Shown in pieces: positions 46,324-46,617 of a stretch of DNA of 46,617 nucleotides (positions within the stretch are counted from its first letter, which is position 1; every line of letters starts with the position of its first letter). The position numbers and the translations under genes were made by a program. This DNA comes from a virus (taxonomy: Duplodnaviria > Heunggongvirae > Uroviricota > Caudoviricetes): the IMG/VR virus record IMGVR_UViG_2541047681_000006; one strand, written 5' to 3'. Below the pieces are notes generated by a model, which was given only the letters and a program-made list of their open reading frames with translations, was not told where the DNA came from and made no database searches.

Positions 46324-46617
46324 ATGGATATAAGCCCCTTACTTCATGCGCTTTGTGCTGTGGCTGCGCAGATACTGGTTGGTCTTTTTACCGGAAACTG
46401 GGCTTACGGAGCGATAGCCGGTTGTACGTTCTTCATTGCGCGTGAACATACCCAGGCAGAATATCGCTGGATTGAAATGTTCGGGCATGGCAAGCGAATG
46501 AATATGCCGTGGTGGGGCGGTTTTGATCCGCGAGCTTGGGATGTGGCAAGCCTGATGGATTTTGCTGTGCCGGTGGTGGCGTGTCTGCTGGTCTGGCTGT
46601 TGGTTAATCGTGGGTGA
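46324..46617 (+). CDS. hypothetical small membrane protein
   Basis: 97-aa ORF with RBS-like GGAGGAA upstream; two hydrophobic segments at the N- and C-termini; stop at the window end. Confidence 0.4.
   Translation: MDISPLLHALCAVAAQILVGLFTGNWAYGAIAGCTFFIAREHTQAEYRWIEMFGHGKRMNMPWWGGFDPRAWDVASLMDFAVPVVACLLVWLLVNRG

Overview
The window is almost entirely one lambdoid (lambda-like) prophage of an Escherichia/Shigella-type host, in prophage order from the integrase at the left edge to the side tail fiber at the right. All calls are from reading the sequence and comparing with remembered lambda/DLP12/phage-21 protein sequences; no database search was run. Layout: int-xis (1-1369); an early-left accessory region of small minus-strand ORFs (1.5-5.5 kb); exo-bet-gam-kil-cIII-ea10-ral and sieB (5.5-9.3 kb); an N-like antiterminator with nutL; a two-gene AT-rich insert of unknown function in the rexAB position between pL and cI (9983-11289); a hybrid cI, a non-lambda cro, nutR, cII-O (with ori iterons)-P-ren; a nin region with ninB, an N6-adenine methyltransferase, ninE, rusA, ylcG and a QuuD-type Q; an intact OmpC-family porin gene; an S21/R21-type lysis cassette with Rz/Rz1; bor and a TonB-C-terminal-domain lipoprotein; cos; and a lambda-type head and tail module (Nu1 through J, then stf). 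The major tail gene V is split by a 2.4-kb IS21-family element, so the prophage is probably tail-defective. The most interesting candidate for an undescribed system is the two-gene operon in the rex position; I could not assign either protein to a family. Other points of interest are the hybrid immunity region, a triplicated motif in the C/Nu3 scaffold region, the cargo cluster between lysis and cos, and a divergent stf C-terminus.
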